Below, piece after piece: positions 14,663 through 23,767 of a DNA stretch of 32,590 nucleotides (its first letter is position 1; every line of letters starts with the position of its first letter). Made by a program: the position numbers and the translations under genes. This DNA is from a virus (Duplodnaviria; Caudoviricetes), in the IMG/VR virus record IMGVR_UViG_3300036796_000277, positions 1 through 32,590 of that record. The stretch is one strand, 5' to 3'. The notes under the pieces were generated by a model, which saw only the letters and a list, made by a program, of their open reading frames with translations, was not told the origin of the DNA and did no database searches.

Positions 14663-15526
14663 ATGGCTAAGAAAGTCTCTAAGTTTTTCCGTATCGCTGT
14701 TGAGGGCGATACCTGTGACGGGCGCGACCTTAGCGCCGTGGATATTCAGCAGATGGCCGACACGTTTGATCCGCGTGTTTATGGCTGCCGCATCAACCTC
14801 GAACACATTCGCGGTTATCTGCCGGATAGCGATTTCAAACGCTACGGCGACGTGGTGGAGCTGAAAGCCGAAACCATCGACGACGATTCCGCGCTCAACG
14901 GCAAGCTGGCGCTGTGCGGCAAAATCGCCCCGCTCGATACCCTGGTTGAGATGGTTGGCAAAGGTCAGAAGGTTTACACCTCCATCGAGATCCAGCCGAA
15001 CTTTGCCAACACCGGCAAATGCTACCTGGTCGGCCTGGCCGTGACCGATGACCCGGCAAGCCTCGGCACTGAATACCTCCAGTTCTGCCGTCAGGCCGAG
15101 CACAACCCGCTCAAACGCTTCAAAGCGAGCCCGGACAACCTTTTCTCTGTCGCTACCCTGGCAGAAATGGAGTTTGAAGATGTGCCGGAAAAACTGCTCA
15201 ACAAAATCACCGACTCGGTAAAAGGCATTTTCAGCCGCAAACAGGCCAGCGATGACGCGCGTTTTAACGACGTGCATGAGGCGGTAACCGTCATTGCCGA
15301 GCAGGTGCAGCAGACCGGCGACGATACCGCCGAGCGTTTTAGCAAGATGGAGGCTGAAATCACCGGGCTTAAAAAGGCCATGACCGAGCAGGTCACCGAA
15401 ACCAGCCAGCAATTCAGCGTCCTGACAAACACCCTGGACAACACCGAGAACAAGACCCAGAAGCGCCGCAAATTAAGCACCGGCGGCGGTGGTGATGGTG
15501 CTGCCGAAGTGCTGACCGACTGCTGA
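14663..15526 (+). CDS. O: Capsid scaffolding protein
   Basis: SKFFRIAVEGDTCDGR, INLEH, GLAVTDDPASLGTE, C-terminal LTDC. Confidence 0.96.
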   Translation: MAKKVSKFFRIAVEGDTCDGRDLSAVDIQQMADTFDPRVYGCRINLEHIRGYLPDSDFKRYGDVVELKAETIDDDSALNGKLALCGKIAPLDTLVEMVGKGQKVYTSIEIQPNFANTGKCYLVGLAVTDDPASLGTEYLQFCRQAEHNPLKRFKASPDNLFSVATLAEMEFEDVPEKLLNKITDSVKGIFSRKQASDDARFNDVHEAVTVIAEQVQQTGDDTAERFSKMEAEITGLKKAMTEQVTETSQQFSVLTNTLDNTENKTQKRRKLSTGGGGDGAAEVLTDC

Positions 15527-15588
15527 TTAACGCTTTTGAATCAGCACTGATTCAGAGCCAAACCCATTTAAAACAGGAATAAAAATTC

Positions 15589-16758
15589 ATGCGTAAAGAG
15601 ACCCGTTTCCAGTTCAACAAATACCTGAGCCGCCTCGCTGAGTTAAACGGCGTGAGTGTGTCCGACCTCGCTAAAAAATTCACCGTCGAACCGTCGGTGA
15701 CGCAAACCCTTTTCGACAAGGTGCAGCAGTCATCCTCATTCCTGCAACTGATTAACATGGTAGTGGTGCGTGAGCTGACCGAGGAGAAGGTCGGTATTGA
15801 TGTTAGCGGCACAATCGCCAGCACCGCAGACACCGACAACGGCGTCGAGCGCAAGACCGCGGATTTTTCAAAGCTCGATGCTTACCGCTATTTCTGCAAG
15901 CCGGTTAACTTCGACTACAACCTGAAATACACCAAGCTCGACCTGTGGGCGCGCTATCAGGATTTTCAGATCCGCATTCGCGACGCCATCATCAAGCGCC
16001 AAGCGCTGGACTACATCACCATCGGTTTTAACGGTGTGAGCCGCGCGCCAACCTCTGACCGCAAGCAAAACCCACTGCTGCAGGATGTGGCGGTAGGCTG
16101 GCTGCAGAAGTACCGCAACGACGCGCCGGAACGCGTAATGAGCAAGGTCGTCGATGAGGATGGCACGGTTATTTCCGACACTATCAAAGTGGGGAAAGGC
16201 GGCCATTACGCCAACCTCGATGCCCTGGTAATGGATGCTCACGAATCCCTGATTGATGAAATCCACCGTGAAAACCCGGAGCTCGTTGTCATTTGCGGCC
16301 GCCGCATTCTGACCGACAAGTATTTCCCAATGATTAACAAGTTTCAGCCGAACAGTGAAGCGCTGGCCGGGGAGCTGATTATCAGTCAGAAAACCATCGG
16401 CCAGCTTCAGTCTGTACGCGCGCCGTTCTTCCCGGCTAACGCGGTGTTTATCACCACGCTGGATAACATTTCCATCTATCTCTACGAAGACGGCCACCGC
16501 CGCCACATCGTGGAAAACCCGAAACTCGACCAGGTGGAAAACTACGAGCAGGTGAAAGTCGATTTCGTTATCGAGGACTACGCCGCCGGGTGCCTGATTG
16601 AAAACATCGAGATTCTCGACCCGGAAGAGCCAGCCACTGCCGAAGCATTGAGTGCAGACGTATTCGCAGCCGCTATCGTGAACGCGGTGCAAAAGCTGGG
16701 AGCGGCACCGCAGTCTGCGCCGGTTGCTGAAACCGAAACCGACCAGAAGGACGCCTAA
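15589..16758 (+). CDS. N: Major capsid protein (P2 family)
   Basis: KFTVEPSVTQTL, IGFNG, NPLLQDVAVGWLQKYR, VIEDY. Confidence 0.96.
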   Translation: MRKETRFQFNKYLSRLAELNGVSVSDLAKKFTVEPSVTQTLFDKVQQSSSFLQLINMVVVRELTEEKVGIDVSGTIASTADTDNGVERKTADFSKLDAYRYFCKPVNFDYNLKYTKLDLWARYQDFQIRIRDAIIKRQALDYITIGFNGVSRAPTSDRKQNPLLQDVAVGWLQKYRNDAPERVMSKVVDEDGTVISDTIKVGKGGHYANLDALVMDAHESLIDEIHRENPELVVICGRRILTDKYFPMINKFQPNSEALAGELIISQKTIGQLQSVRAPFFPANAVFITTLDNISIYLYEDGHRRHIVENPKLDQVENYEQVKVDFVIEDYAAGCLIENIEILDPEEPATAEALSADVFAAAIVNAVQKLGAAPQSAPVAETETDQKDA

Positions 16759-16761
16759 GCC

Positions 16762-17526
16762 ATGCTGAGCCCCGCACGACGTCACGCGATGCGGGTCTCG
16801 GCCAGCCAGGCAGCGCAGCGGGAAAATGCCCCGCTGCGCCACGCCACCCCTTACGAGCAAATGCTCGTCAAGCTGGCCGCAGACCGTCGGACATTAAAAA
16901 ACATCCATTCCAACGAAGCGAAAGCGACGAAAAAAGCCGAGCTGCTGCCGTTTTATCTGCCCTGGGTAACGGGCGTACTGGAGAACGGCACCGGCGCGCA
17001 GGACGACATTTTAATGACCGTCATGCTCTGGCGTCTCGATGCCGGGCAACTGGCTGGCGCGCTGGAAATCGCCCGTTATGCGCTGCGCTACAACCTCGCC
17101 ACCCCTGACGGCCATGCGCGCACCGCGCCTTACATGCTGGCCGAGGAGTTTGCCCTGTCAGCACAACGCGCGAGCGATGGCGGCCAGCCGGTTGGCGTGT
17201 CGCTGCTGCTGGATTTGCTGGAGCTGGTTCGTGATGCCGATATGCCCGACCAGGTGAAAGCCCGTCTGCATAAAGTGATCGGCCTGGCGATGCGTGATGC
17301 CGGAAACCCTGCCGCTGCGCTGGAGCACCTGAGCCGTGCGGTGCAGCTCGACCGCAACGCCGGAGTACGTAAGGACATTGAGCGCCTGACGCGCGAGCTC
17401 AACCCGAGACCGGCAACCCAGAAAAAACAGCCAGCGGCTAAGGCTACGGCCAGCAAGACCCCGGCGAAAAAACAAGATTTAGCGGTGAAACGAGGGCGAG
17501 GCCGTCCGAAGAAAGTCACCGCATAA
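16762..17526 (+). CDS. M: Terminase small/endonuclease subunit
   Basis: MLSPARRH, QDDILMTVMLWRLDAG, C-terminal RGRGRP AT-hook-like tail. Confidence 0.93.
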   Translation: MLSPARRHAMRVSASQAAQRENAPLRHATPYEQMLVKLAADRRTLKNIHSNEAKATKKAELLPFYLPWVTGVLENGTGAQDDILMTVMLWRLDAGQLAGALEIARYALRYNLATPDGHARTAPYMLAEEFALSAQRASDGGQPVGVSLLLDLLELVRDADMPDQVKARLHKVIGLAMRDAGNPAAALEHLSRAVQLDRNAGVRKDIERLTRELNPRPATQKKQPAAKATASKTPAKKQDLAVKRGRGRPKKVTA

Positions 17527-17622
17527 CCGAAAGCGCCCCGCGCCGGGCGGCACGCTGGTCAAAGACGGTGTTCCACCGACACGGCGACCGGCGTCCACCG
17601 CCCACCTATTACAGAGGTTGTC

Positions 17623-18126
17623 ATGACAGTGATTATCACTAAGCCGGAAGCGGTATCGGTCGAGCCTGGTGTGGTTATCCCCGCCCGACCGGTGCCGGAG
17701 GCCGTTATCACCAACACGGCGTTTTTCCCGGCCATTGAGCCCTTGCGCATTCGTGAGTTGCTGCGTATCGAGAGCACCGTTAGCGCGGTGCGTTTACGTG
17801 CCGCGATTATCGACGGCATGGCAGAAACCAACGCTGAATTAAGAGAGTACCGCGAGGAGCAAATCTTACTCGGACGTGAAACCCTGGCCGACGTTCCCGC
17901 TGACAAAATCGACGGTGAGAGTGTGCGCTGTTTTTACTACCTGCAGGCCGTTAGCGCCATGACAACCGCGAAACTTTATGAGGGTTATCGTGGCGTGGAT
18001 GCGAGCGCCAAAGGTGATAAGAAAGCCGACAGCATCGAGAGCGTGATTGATGAAATGTGGCGGGATATGCGCTGGGCGATAGCCCGTATCCAGGACAAAT
18101 CGCGCTGCATCATCGGGCAAATCTGA
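17623..18126 (+). CDS. L: Head completion protein
   Basis: NTAFFP...WRDMRWAIARI; synteny. Confidence 0.92.
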   Translation: MTVIITKPEAVSVEPGVVIPARPVPEAVITNTAFFPAIEPLRIRELLRIESTVSAVRLRAAIIDGMAETNAELREYREEQILLGRETLADVPADKIDGESVRCFYYLQAVSAMTTAKLYEGYRGVDASAKGDKKADSIESVIDEMWRDMRWAIARIQDKSRCIIGQI

Positions 18127-18329
18127 TGAGGGTTTACGCGCAGCAGGGCGATACCCTCGACGCACTTTGTGCCCGGCATTACGGGCGCACTGAGGGGGTA
18201 TTCGAGGCGGTACTCGTTGCTAATCCGGGACTCGCCGAGCTCGGGGCGGTGCTGCCGCACGGCACCGGCATTGAGCTGCCGGACGTAGAAGCCGCGCCGG
18301 TAACTGAAACTATCAACCTGTGGGATTAG
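18126..18329 (+). CDS. X: Tail protein X (LysM-like)
   Basis: MRVYAQQGDTLDALCARHYG...ANPGLA...NLWD; ATG at 18126. Confidence 0.93.
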   Translation: MRVYAQQGDTLDALCARHYGRTEGVFEAVLVANPGLAELGAVLPHGTGIELPDVEAAPVTETINLWD

Positions 18330-18332
18330 AGC

Positions 18333-18629
18333 ATGAGTGAGGGTGAGAAAAGTGTCCTGTCACTGTTTGTGATAGGAATGTTGATTGTCGTTGGCAAGGT
18401 GCTTGCCGGTGGTGAGCCCATTACGCCGCGTTTATTTGTCGGGCGTATGCTGCTGGGCGGTTTTGTCTCGATGGTGGCCGGGGTGGTTCTGGTGCAATTC
18501 CCGGATATGTCGCTACCGGCAATTTGTGGCGTGGGTGCCATGCTCGGGATTGCCGGTTATCAGGTGGTTGAAATCGCTATTCAGCGTCGTTTCAAATCTC
18601 AGAAGGGGAAACAGGATGCCGGTAATTAA
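18333..18629 (+). CDS. Holin
   Basis: 98 aa, three hydrophobic segments and a basic C-terminus; precedes endolysin. Confidence 0.88.
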   Translation: MSEGEKSVLSLFVIGMLIVVGKVLAGGEPITPRLFVGRMLLGGFVSMVAGVVLVQFPDMSLPAICGVGAMLGIAGYQVVEIAIQRRFKSQKGKQDAGN

Positions 18630-19113
18630 CACTCATCCAAACGTCGCCGCATTCCTCGATATGCTGGCCTATTCAGAGGGAACCGCCAACCATCCGCTAA
18701 CGAAAAATCGCGGCTATGACGTGATTGTCACCGGGATGGATGGCAAGCCGGAAATTTTTACCGACTATCACGATCATCCGTTCGCCAGCGGCAGGCCAGC
18801 GAAGGTCTTTAACCGGCGCGGGGAAAAATCCACGGCATCCGGGCGCTATCAGCATCTTTATTTATTCTGGCCACACTATCAAAAGCAGCTCGGGTTATCC
18901 GACTTTAGCCCGCTGTCGCAGGACAAGCTCGCCATTCAGCTTATCCGGGAACGTGGTGCGCTGGAGGATATTCAGCAGGGGCGAATTGAGCGCGCGATTT
19001 CCCGCTGCCGGAATATCTGGGCGTCGTTGCCGGGTGCCGGTTACGGTCAGCGCGAGCACACCCTCGAATCACTGGTTGCAGTATATCGCAAGGCTGGCGG
19101 GGTGGTGTCATGA
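18616..19113 (+). CDS. Endolysin (lambda R-like lytic transglycosylase)
   Basis: AFLDMLAYSEGT, STASGRYQ, FSPLSQD, WASLPGAGYGQ; ATG at 18616. Confidence 0.93.
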   Translation: MPVINTHPNVAAFLDMLAYSEGTANHPLTKNRGYDVIVTGMDGKPEIFTDYHDHPFASGRPAKVFNRRGEKSTASGRYQHLYLFWPHYQKQLGLSDFSPLSQDKLAIQLIRERGALEDIQQGRIERAISRCRNIWASLPGAGYGQREHTLESLVAVYRKAGGVVS

Positions 19114-19535
19114 AAACGCTGATTGTCCTCCTTGCCCTGGCTGTGCTCGGGCTGCTGTGGATGCGCCACGAAAACGGCACGCTCGCCCGCTCATTTGAGA
19201 AAGCAAACCGCGTCGCCGGTGAGCAGAAAGCACAAAACATCATGCTGAAAAATCAGCTCGATGTTGCCGCCAGAATCGCCGACGGCAATGAGCGTGCGCA
19301 GGTGGATTTGAGAAACAAATTGGCAACGTCTGAGGCACTGGCCGGGCGTCGAAGCAACACGATTACGAGGTTACTCAATGAAAATAAAGCACTTCGCGAG
19401 TGGTATGACTCTGCTTTACCTGATGATGTTATCCGGCTGCAGGAACGCCCCGCCTTTGACACAACAGCCGATTATTTACAGTGGCTGTCCGAAAGTGTCG
19501 CTGTGCAAACTCCCGGCCAGCCAGCCCCGCATTAA
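19110..19535 (+). CDS. lysB: LysB / Rz-like inner spanin
   Basis: N-terminal TM, coiled coil, LLNENKALREWYDSALPDDVIRL. Confidence 0.9.
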   Translation: MKTLIVLLALAVLGLLWMRHENGTLARSFEKANRVAGEQKAQNIMLKNQLDVAARIADGNERAQVDLRNKLATSEALAGRRSNTITRLLNENKALREWYDSALPDDVIRLQERPAFDTTADYLQWLSESVAVQTPGQPAPH

Positions 19536-19668
19536 CGGCGATTTACTCGCGGATAATCGCCAGCTCGAAAGCGCCTGGGTGAGCTGCGCCGCCCAGGTGG
19601 AAACGTTGAAAAAGTGTCAGGATAATCTCGATGCACAAACAAGCCAGTCTGAAAAAAGTCCTCACTGA
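19378..19668 (+). CDS. lysC: LysC / Rz1-like outer spanin lipoprotein
   Basis: Overlaps lysB in another frame; lipobox LSGC; CPKVSLCKLP...NGDL...CAAQV. Confidence 0.82.
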   Translation: MKIKHFASGMTLLYLMMLSGCRNAPPLTQQPIIYSGCPKVSLCKLPASQPRINGDLLADNRQLESAWVSCAAQVETLKKCQDNLDAQTSQSEKSPH

Positions 19669-20044
19669 GTCGGTGCCGGGGGTAGCGACCAACCCGAGTA
19701 TGATGCGCATTTTTGCCGACGAGGGGGCGATTGATTCCACCCTTGCCACTTCGCTCTCGTTCGTGAAGCGGTACACGCTTAACGTGATCCTGACCGATTA
19801 CACCGGCGATATTGATTACATTCTGGTGCCTATCCTGAAATGGGTTCGGGTCAATCAGCCGGATATCATGACCACTGGCGAGGGGCAGAAAAAAGGGTTT
19901 ACGTGGTATGCCGATATCAATAACGACAGCAGCGTCGATATCAGCATCAGTTTACGCCTGACCGAGCGAACCATCGTCAGGGAGGAAAGCAACGGTGATT
20001 TGCACGTCAGCTATGCGCCGGAACCGCAAGAGGCGGTCTGGTGA
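19631..20044 (+). CDS. R: Tail completion protein R
   Basis: SLSF...YTLN...NQPDIM...LTER; synteny. Confidence 0.9.
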   Translation: MHKQASLKKVLTESVPGVATNPSMMRIFADEGAIDSTLATSLSFVKRYTLNVILTDYTGDIDYILVPILKWVRVNQPDIMTTGEGQKKGFTWYADINNDSSVDISISLRLTERTIVREESNGDLHVSYAPEPQEAVW

Positions 20045-20499
20045 TGGACAGGCTCAAGCCTTTTGACGACAAACTCGCGGCGCTGATTGCTAACCTGTCT
20101 CCGGCTGGCCGCCGCAGAATGGCCGGGGAAATAGCGAAAAAGCTACGAACCCGGCAACAGCAGCGGATAAAGGCACAGAAAGACCCCGACGGCAAGCCCT
20201 ACGCCGCCCGAAAGCGCCAGCCGGTAAAGAGCAAGAAAGGCCGTATTAAACGGGAAATGTTCGCAAAGCTGCGCACCAATCGTTACATGAAAGCCACCGG
20301 CAGCGACGAGGCCGCGGTCGTGGAGTTTGTTGGTAAAGTGCAGCGCATAGCACGCGTGCATCAGGAGGGGTTAAAGGACAAGCCCAACCCGGCGGCGCGT
20401 GAAATCCAGTACCCAGCCCGTCAATTGTTAGGATTCAATTATGATGATATACATTTGATTGAACAGGAGTTGCTAACTGGTTTGACTAAATCAAGATAA
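20041..20499 (+). CDS. S: Virion morphogenesis/tail completion protein S
   Basis: QQQRIKAQKDPDG, MFAKLR, ARVHQEG, YPARQLLG. Confidence 0.92.
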   Translation: MMDRLKPFDDKLAALIANLSPAGRRRMAGEIAKKLRTRQQQRIKAQKDPDGKPYAARKRQPVKSKKGRIKREMFAKLRTNRYMKATGSDEAAVVEFVGKVQRIARVHQEGLKDKPNPAAREIQYPARQLLGFNYDDIHLIEQELLTGLTKSR

Positions 20500-20511
20500 A
20501 AGGTAGGGTTT

Positions 20512-21255
20512 ATGGATGATAAATTTTCTTTATTAAGATTAAGGATAAAGAAATCACAAAGTATCGTCATGGATAAGTTGATTAGAGAGCACAACACGGA
20601 AATTTGTGTACTTTGCGGGAGTGAGAGCGATATCACAAGAGAGCATGTTATACCTCAATGGGCCTTTGAATCAGACCAGAAGAAATTTATTGTAAACACA
20701 AAAAACAATCAATCATCCAATTATATAAAGATGACTATCCCAGCATGCAGGACTTGTAATTCTGAGTTGCTAGGGGAATTTGAGGATTACATTAAAAGGT
20801 TCCTTTTGGAAAAAAGTGGTGAGGACTTAACAGCGTATGAAATTGATTGTTTGATATGGTGGCTTCAATATTTAGGCTTTAAGCTTCAACTAATGGATCT
20901 GCGTGCTCACTTCCTTAGGTATAAAGGAGGTGATTATATCCCTTATCTGTCAAAAATACCTGTAGCTATGTTTTGGGGGGATATAGACACCACGCCGGGT
21001 AAGGTATTTAAAATAATTAGAAAAAGCAGGCGTGCACTTGTAAAAAAAAGAAAGAGTGAAAAATTCAACTCTTTACTAGTGTTTGCAACAAAAAATAAAA
21101 GCTTTTATTTCTTTCATAAAGTAAATAAGTTTATTTTCATTGAGATTCCTCAGGTAAAAAAAGCATTTTTCTTATTCTTCAATAAGGAGTTTGATGAGCA
21201 TGCAACTGCTTATAAAGAGTGCATGGAGATAGTTAAAAAGGTCTATAACTCCTAA
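20512..21255 (+). CDS. AT-rich accessory protein with Zn-HNH-like N-terminal domain
   Basis: CVLCG...TREHVIPQW...IPACRTCN; low GC; occupies the P2 orf30 slot between S and V. Confidence 0.7.
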   Translation: MDDKFSLLRLRIKKSQSIVMDKLIREHNTEICVLCGSESDITREHVIPQWAFESDQKKFIVNTKNNQSSNYIKMTIPACRTCNSELLGEFEDYIKRFLLEKSGEDLTAYEIDCLIWWLQYLGFKLQLMDLRAHFLRYKGGDYIPYLSKIPVAMFWGDIDTTPGKVFKIIRKSRRALVKKRKSEKFNSLLVFATKNKSFYFFHKVNKFIFIEIPQVKKAFFLFFNKEFDEHATAYKECMEIVKKVYNS

Positions 21256-21261
21256 TTATCA

Positions 21262-21280
21262 TGTTGTATCAGCCCTGACA
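21262..21280 (+). promoter_or_regulatory. Putative late promoter element upstream of V
   Basis: TGTTGTATCAGCCCTGACA, about 50-70 nt upstream of V; shares the GTTGTRYCA core. Confidence 0.45.
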
Positions 21281-21329
21281 AAACCCCGCCAGATTGCCGC
21301 CGGATATCCCCGGCGGCATCCTTTCCAGT

Positions 21330-21971
21330 ATGAATACTCTCGCAAATATCCAGGAGCTGGCGCGCACGCTGCGCAATCTCATCCGCACCGGTGTCGTTGT
21401 TGAAGTCGACACGGAAACGGGGCGCTGCCGCGTCCAGACCGGCGGCAATACCACCGACTGGCTCCAGTGGCTGACGTCCCGCGCCGGGCGTTCCCGTACA
21501 TGGTGGGCTCCCTCTGTCGGTGAGCAAGTTATGATTCTGGCCGTTGGCGGTGAGCTCGATACGGCGTTTGTGCTGCCCGGTATTTATTCCGACGACAACC
21601 CCGCCCCCTCTGTCTCTGGCGATGCGGTGCATATTTCGTTCCCGGATGGCGCGGTGATTGAGTACGAACCCGAGGCCGGCGCTCTGACCGTGAGCGGGAT
21701 TAAAACCGCTGATATCACGGCATCCGAATCGCTGACCGCCTCTGTGCCGGTGGTGAACATCAAAGCCGATACCCGCGTTACGCTCGATACGCCGGAAGTG
21801 GTCTGCACTAACAAGCTGACGTGCGCCACCCTGGACGTGCAGAAAGGCGGGAAGATGGGCGGGAACATCGAGCATTCCGGCGGCTCGTTCACATCTAACG
21901 GCGTGCAGGTTGATAAACACGGTCACGGTGGCGTACAGCGTGGCGCCGACTGGACGGAGGGCACCCAATGA
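21330..21971 (+). CDS. V: Baseplate spike protein V
   Basis: LRNLIRTG, WWAPSVGEQV, C-terminal HGHGGV iron-binding motif; ATG at 21330. Confidence 0.95.
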   Translation: MNTLANIQELARTLRNLIRTGVVVEVDTETGRCRVQTGGNTTDWLQWLTSRAGRSRTWWAPSVGEQVMILAVGGELDTAFVLPGIYSDDNPAPSVSGDAVHISFPDGAVIEYEPEAGALTVSGIKTADITASESLTASVPVVNIKADTRVTLDTPEVVCTNKLTCATLDVQKGGKMGGNIEHSGGSFTSNGVQVDKHGHGGVQRGADWTEGTQ

Positions 21972-22315
21972 CCGCCCGTTATCTCGGCATGAATCAGGCC
22001 ACCGGCCTGAGCGTCAGTGACGCGGAACACATCCGGCAAAGCGTGCGGGACATTCTTATCACGCCGGTCGGCTCGCGCGTGATGCGGCGGCAATATGGCT
22101 CGCTGTTGTCTGCCCTGACTGACCAGCCACAAAACGAGGCGCTGCGCCTGCAAATTAGCGCCGCCTGCTACATGGCGATCCTGAAATGGGAGCCGCGCGT
22201 CAGGCTGACCGGCATCATCTATGAAACCCGGTTTAACGGCGAAATGGTCGTCGATATCACCGGTGAATTTACCGACTCGGGCGCAAGCCTTTCCCTTTCC
22301 ATTCCGCTGAGCTGA
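21968..22315 (+). CDS. W: Baseplate protein W (gp25-like)
   Basis: HIRQSVRDILITPVGSRVMRRQYGS, WEPR. Confidence 0.95.
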   Translation: MTARYLGMNQATGLSVSDAEHIRQSVRDILITPVGSRVMRRQYGSLLSALTDQPQNEALRLQISAACYMAILKWEPRVRLTGIIYETRFNGEMVVDITGEFTDSGASLSLSIPLS

Positions 22316-22320
22316 TACCT

Positions 22321-23229
22321 ATGCCAACCATTGACCTGAGCCAACTCCCCGCGCCTGAAATCGTTGAAGAGCTCGATTTTGAAACCCTCCTGGCCGAGCG
22401 CAAAGCGACGTTAATCTCGCTTTATCCGGAAGATAAACAGGACGCTATCGCGCGCACCCTCGAGCTGGAATCCGAGCCCATCGTCAAGCTGTTGCAGGAG
22501 AACGCTTACCGCGAGGTGATTCTGCGCCAGCGCGTGAACGAGGCCGCCCGCGCGGTCATGCTGGCTTACGCAAACGGCGCCGATCTCGATGTGATGGCCG
22601 CGAACAATAACACCGCGCGTCTGGTGCTGAGCCCGGCAGACGATACCACCCTCCCGCCGACGCCAGCCGTGATGGAGTCCGACAGTGATTTACGGCTTCG
22701 CGCCCAACGCGCTTTTGAAGGAATGAGTGTGGCCGGGCCAGTCGGGGCGTATGAATATCACGGCCTGAGCGCCGACGGTCGGGTCGCCGATATTGCGGTT
22801 GAGAGCCCGTCCCCGGCTTGTGTCACCGTGACCGTGCTGTCGCGTGAGGGCAATGGCACCGCAGGGGCTGACCTGATTGCCGTTGTGACCCGCGCGCTCA
22901 ACGATGAGGACGTGCGCCCGGTGGCTGACCGTGTGACCGTGCAGGCCGCCGAGATTGTTCCCTACCAGATTGACGCCACGCTTTATTTTTTCCCTGGCCC
23001 CGAAGCCGCGCCGATAAAAGCCGCCGCCGAGAAGCAAATCCAGCGCTATATCTCGGCACAGCACCGACTCGGGCGGGATATCCGGTTGTCAGCCATTTAT
23101 GGGGCGTTGCACGTCGAGGGCGTGCAGCGTGTCGAGCTGGCTTCCCCGCTGGCCGATATTGTGCTCGCAAAACATCAGGCTTCTTACTGCACCACCTACA
23201 CGCTGAAAGACGGGGGGGCCGATGAGTGA
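22321..23229 (+). CDS. J: Baseplate protein J
   Basis: IDLSQLPAP, SVAGPVGAY, VRPVADRV. Confidence 0.95.
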   Translation: MPTIDLSQLPAPEIVEELDFETLLAERKATLISLYPEDKQDAIARTLELESEPIVKLLQENAYREVILRQRVNEAARAVMLAYANGADLDVMAANNNTARLVLSPADDTTLPPTPAVMESDSDLRLRAQRAFEGMSVAGPVGAYEYHGLSADGRVADIAVESPSPACVTVTVLSREGNGTAGADLIAVVTRALNDEDVRPVADRVTVQAAEIVPYQIDATLYFFPGPEAAPIKAAAEKQIQRYISAQHRLGRDIRLSAIYGALHVEGVQRVELASPLADIVLAKHQASYCTTYTLKDGGADE

Positions 23230-23767
23230 TAACCGCCTGCTGCCGGTCGGCTCGTCGCCGCTGGAGGTCGCCGCCGCGCGTGCTCTGGCTGATATCGCGC
23301 AAACGCCGATTCAGCTCCGCACACTCTGGAACCCGGACACCTGCCCGGTGAGCCTGCTCCCGTATCTGGCCTGGGCGTTTTCCGTCGACCGCTGGGACGA
23401 GAACTGGACGGCAGCGACAAAGCGAAGCGTGGTGCGTACCGCGTATTTCATTCACCGCCGCAAAGGCACTATCGGCGCTATCCGGCGCGTGGTCGAGCCG
23501 CTGGGCTACATGATTAAAGTCACTGAGTGGTGGGAAACCGGCGACGAGCCCGGCACTTTTCGCCTGGATATTGGCGTACTGGAAAGCGGTATCACGGAGG
23601 AAATGTATCAGGAGATGGAGCGCCTTATCGCTGATGCTAAAGCTGCAAGCCGTCACCTGATTGGCCTGAACATCATTCAGGAAGTTGCCGGCGATTTGTA
23701 CGTCGGCGGCACATATTACGACGGCGAGATTGTGACGGTTTACCCCGAAATGGAGCTACTGAAATGA
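23222..23767 (+). CDS. I: Tail protein I
   Basis: LLPYLAWAFSVDRWD, HRRKGT. Confidence 0.95.
   Translation: MSDNRLLPVGSSPLEVAAARALADIAQTPIQLRTLWNPDTCPVSLLPYLAWAFSVDRWDENWTAATKRSVVRTAYFIHRRKGTIGAIRRVVEPLGYMIKVTEWWETGDEPGTFRLDIGVLESGITEEMYQEMERLIADAKAASRHLIGLNIIQEVAGDLYVGGTYYDGEIVTVYPEMELLK

Noticed and set aside
14648-16860. Long minus-strand ORFs 14648-15412 (254 aa) and 15868-16860 (330 aa)
   Set aside because: Antisense shadows of GC-rich, codon-biased O and N; no recognisable motifs
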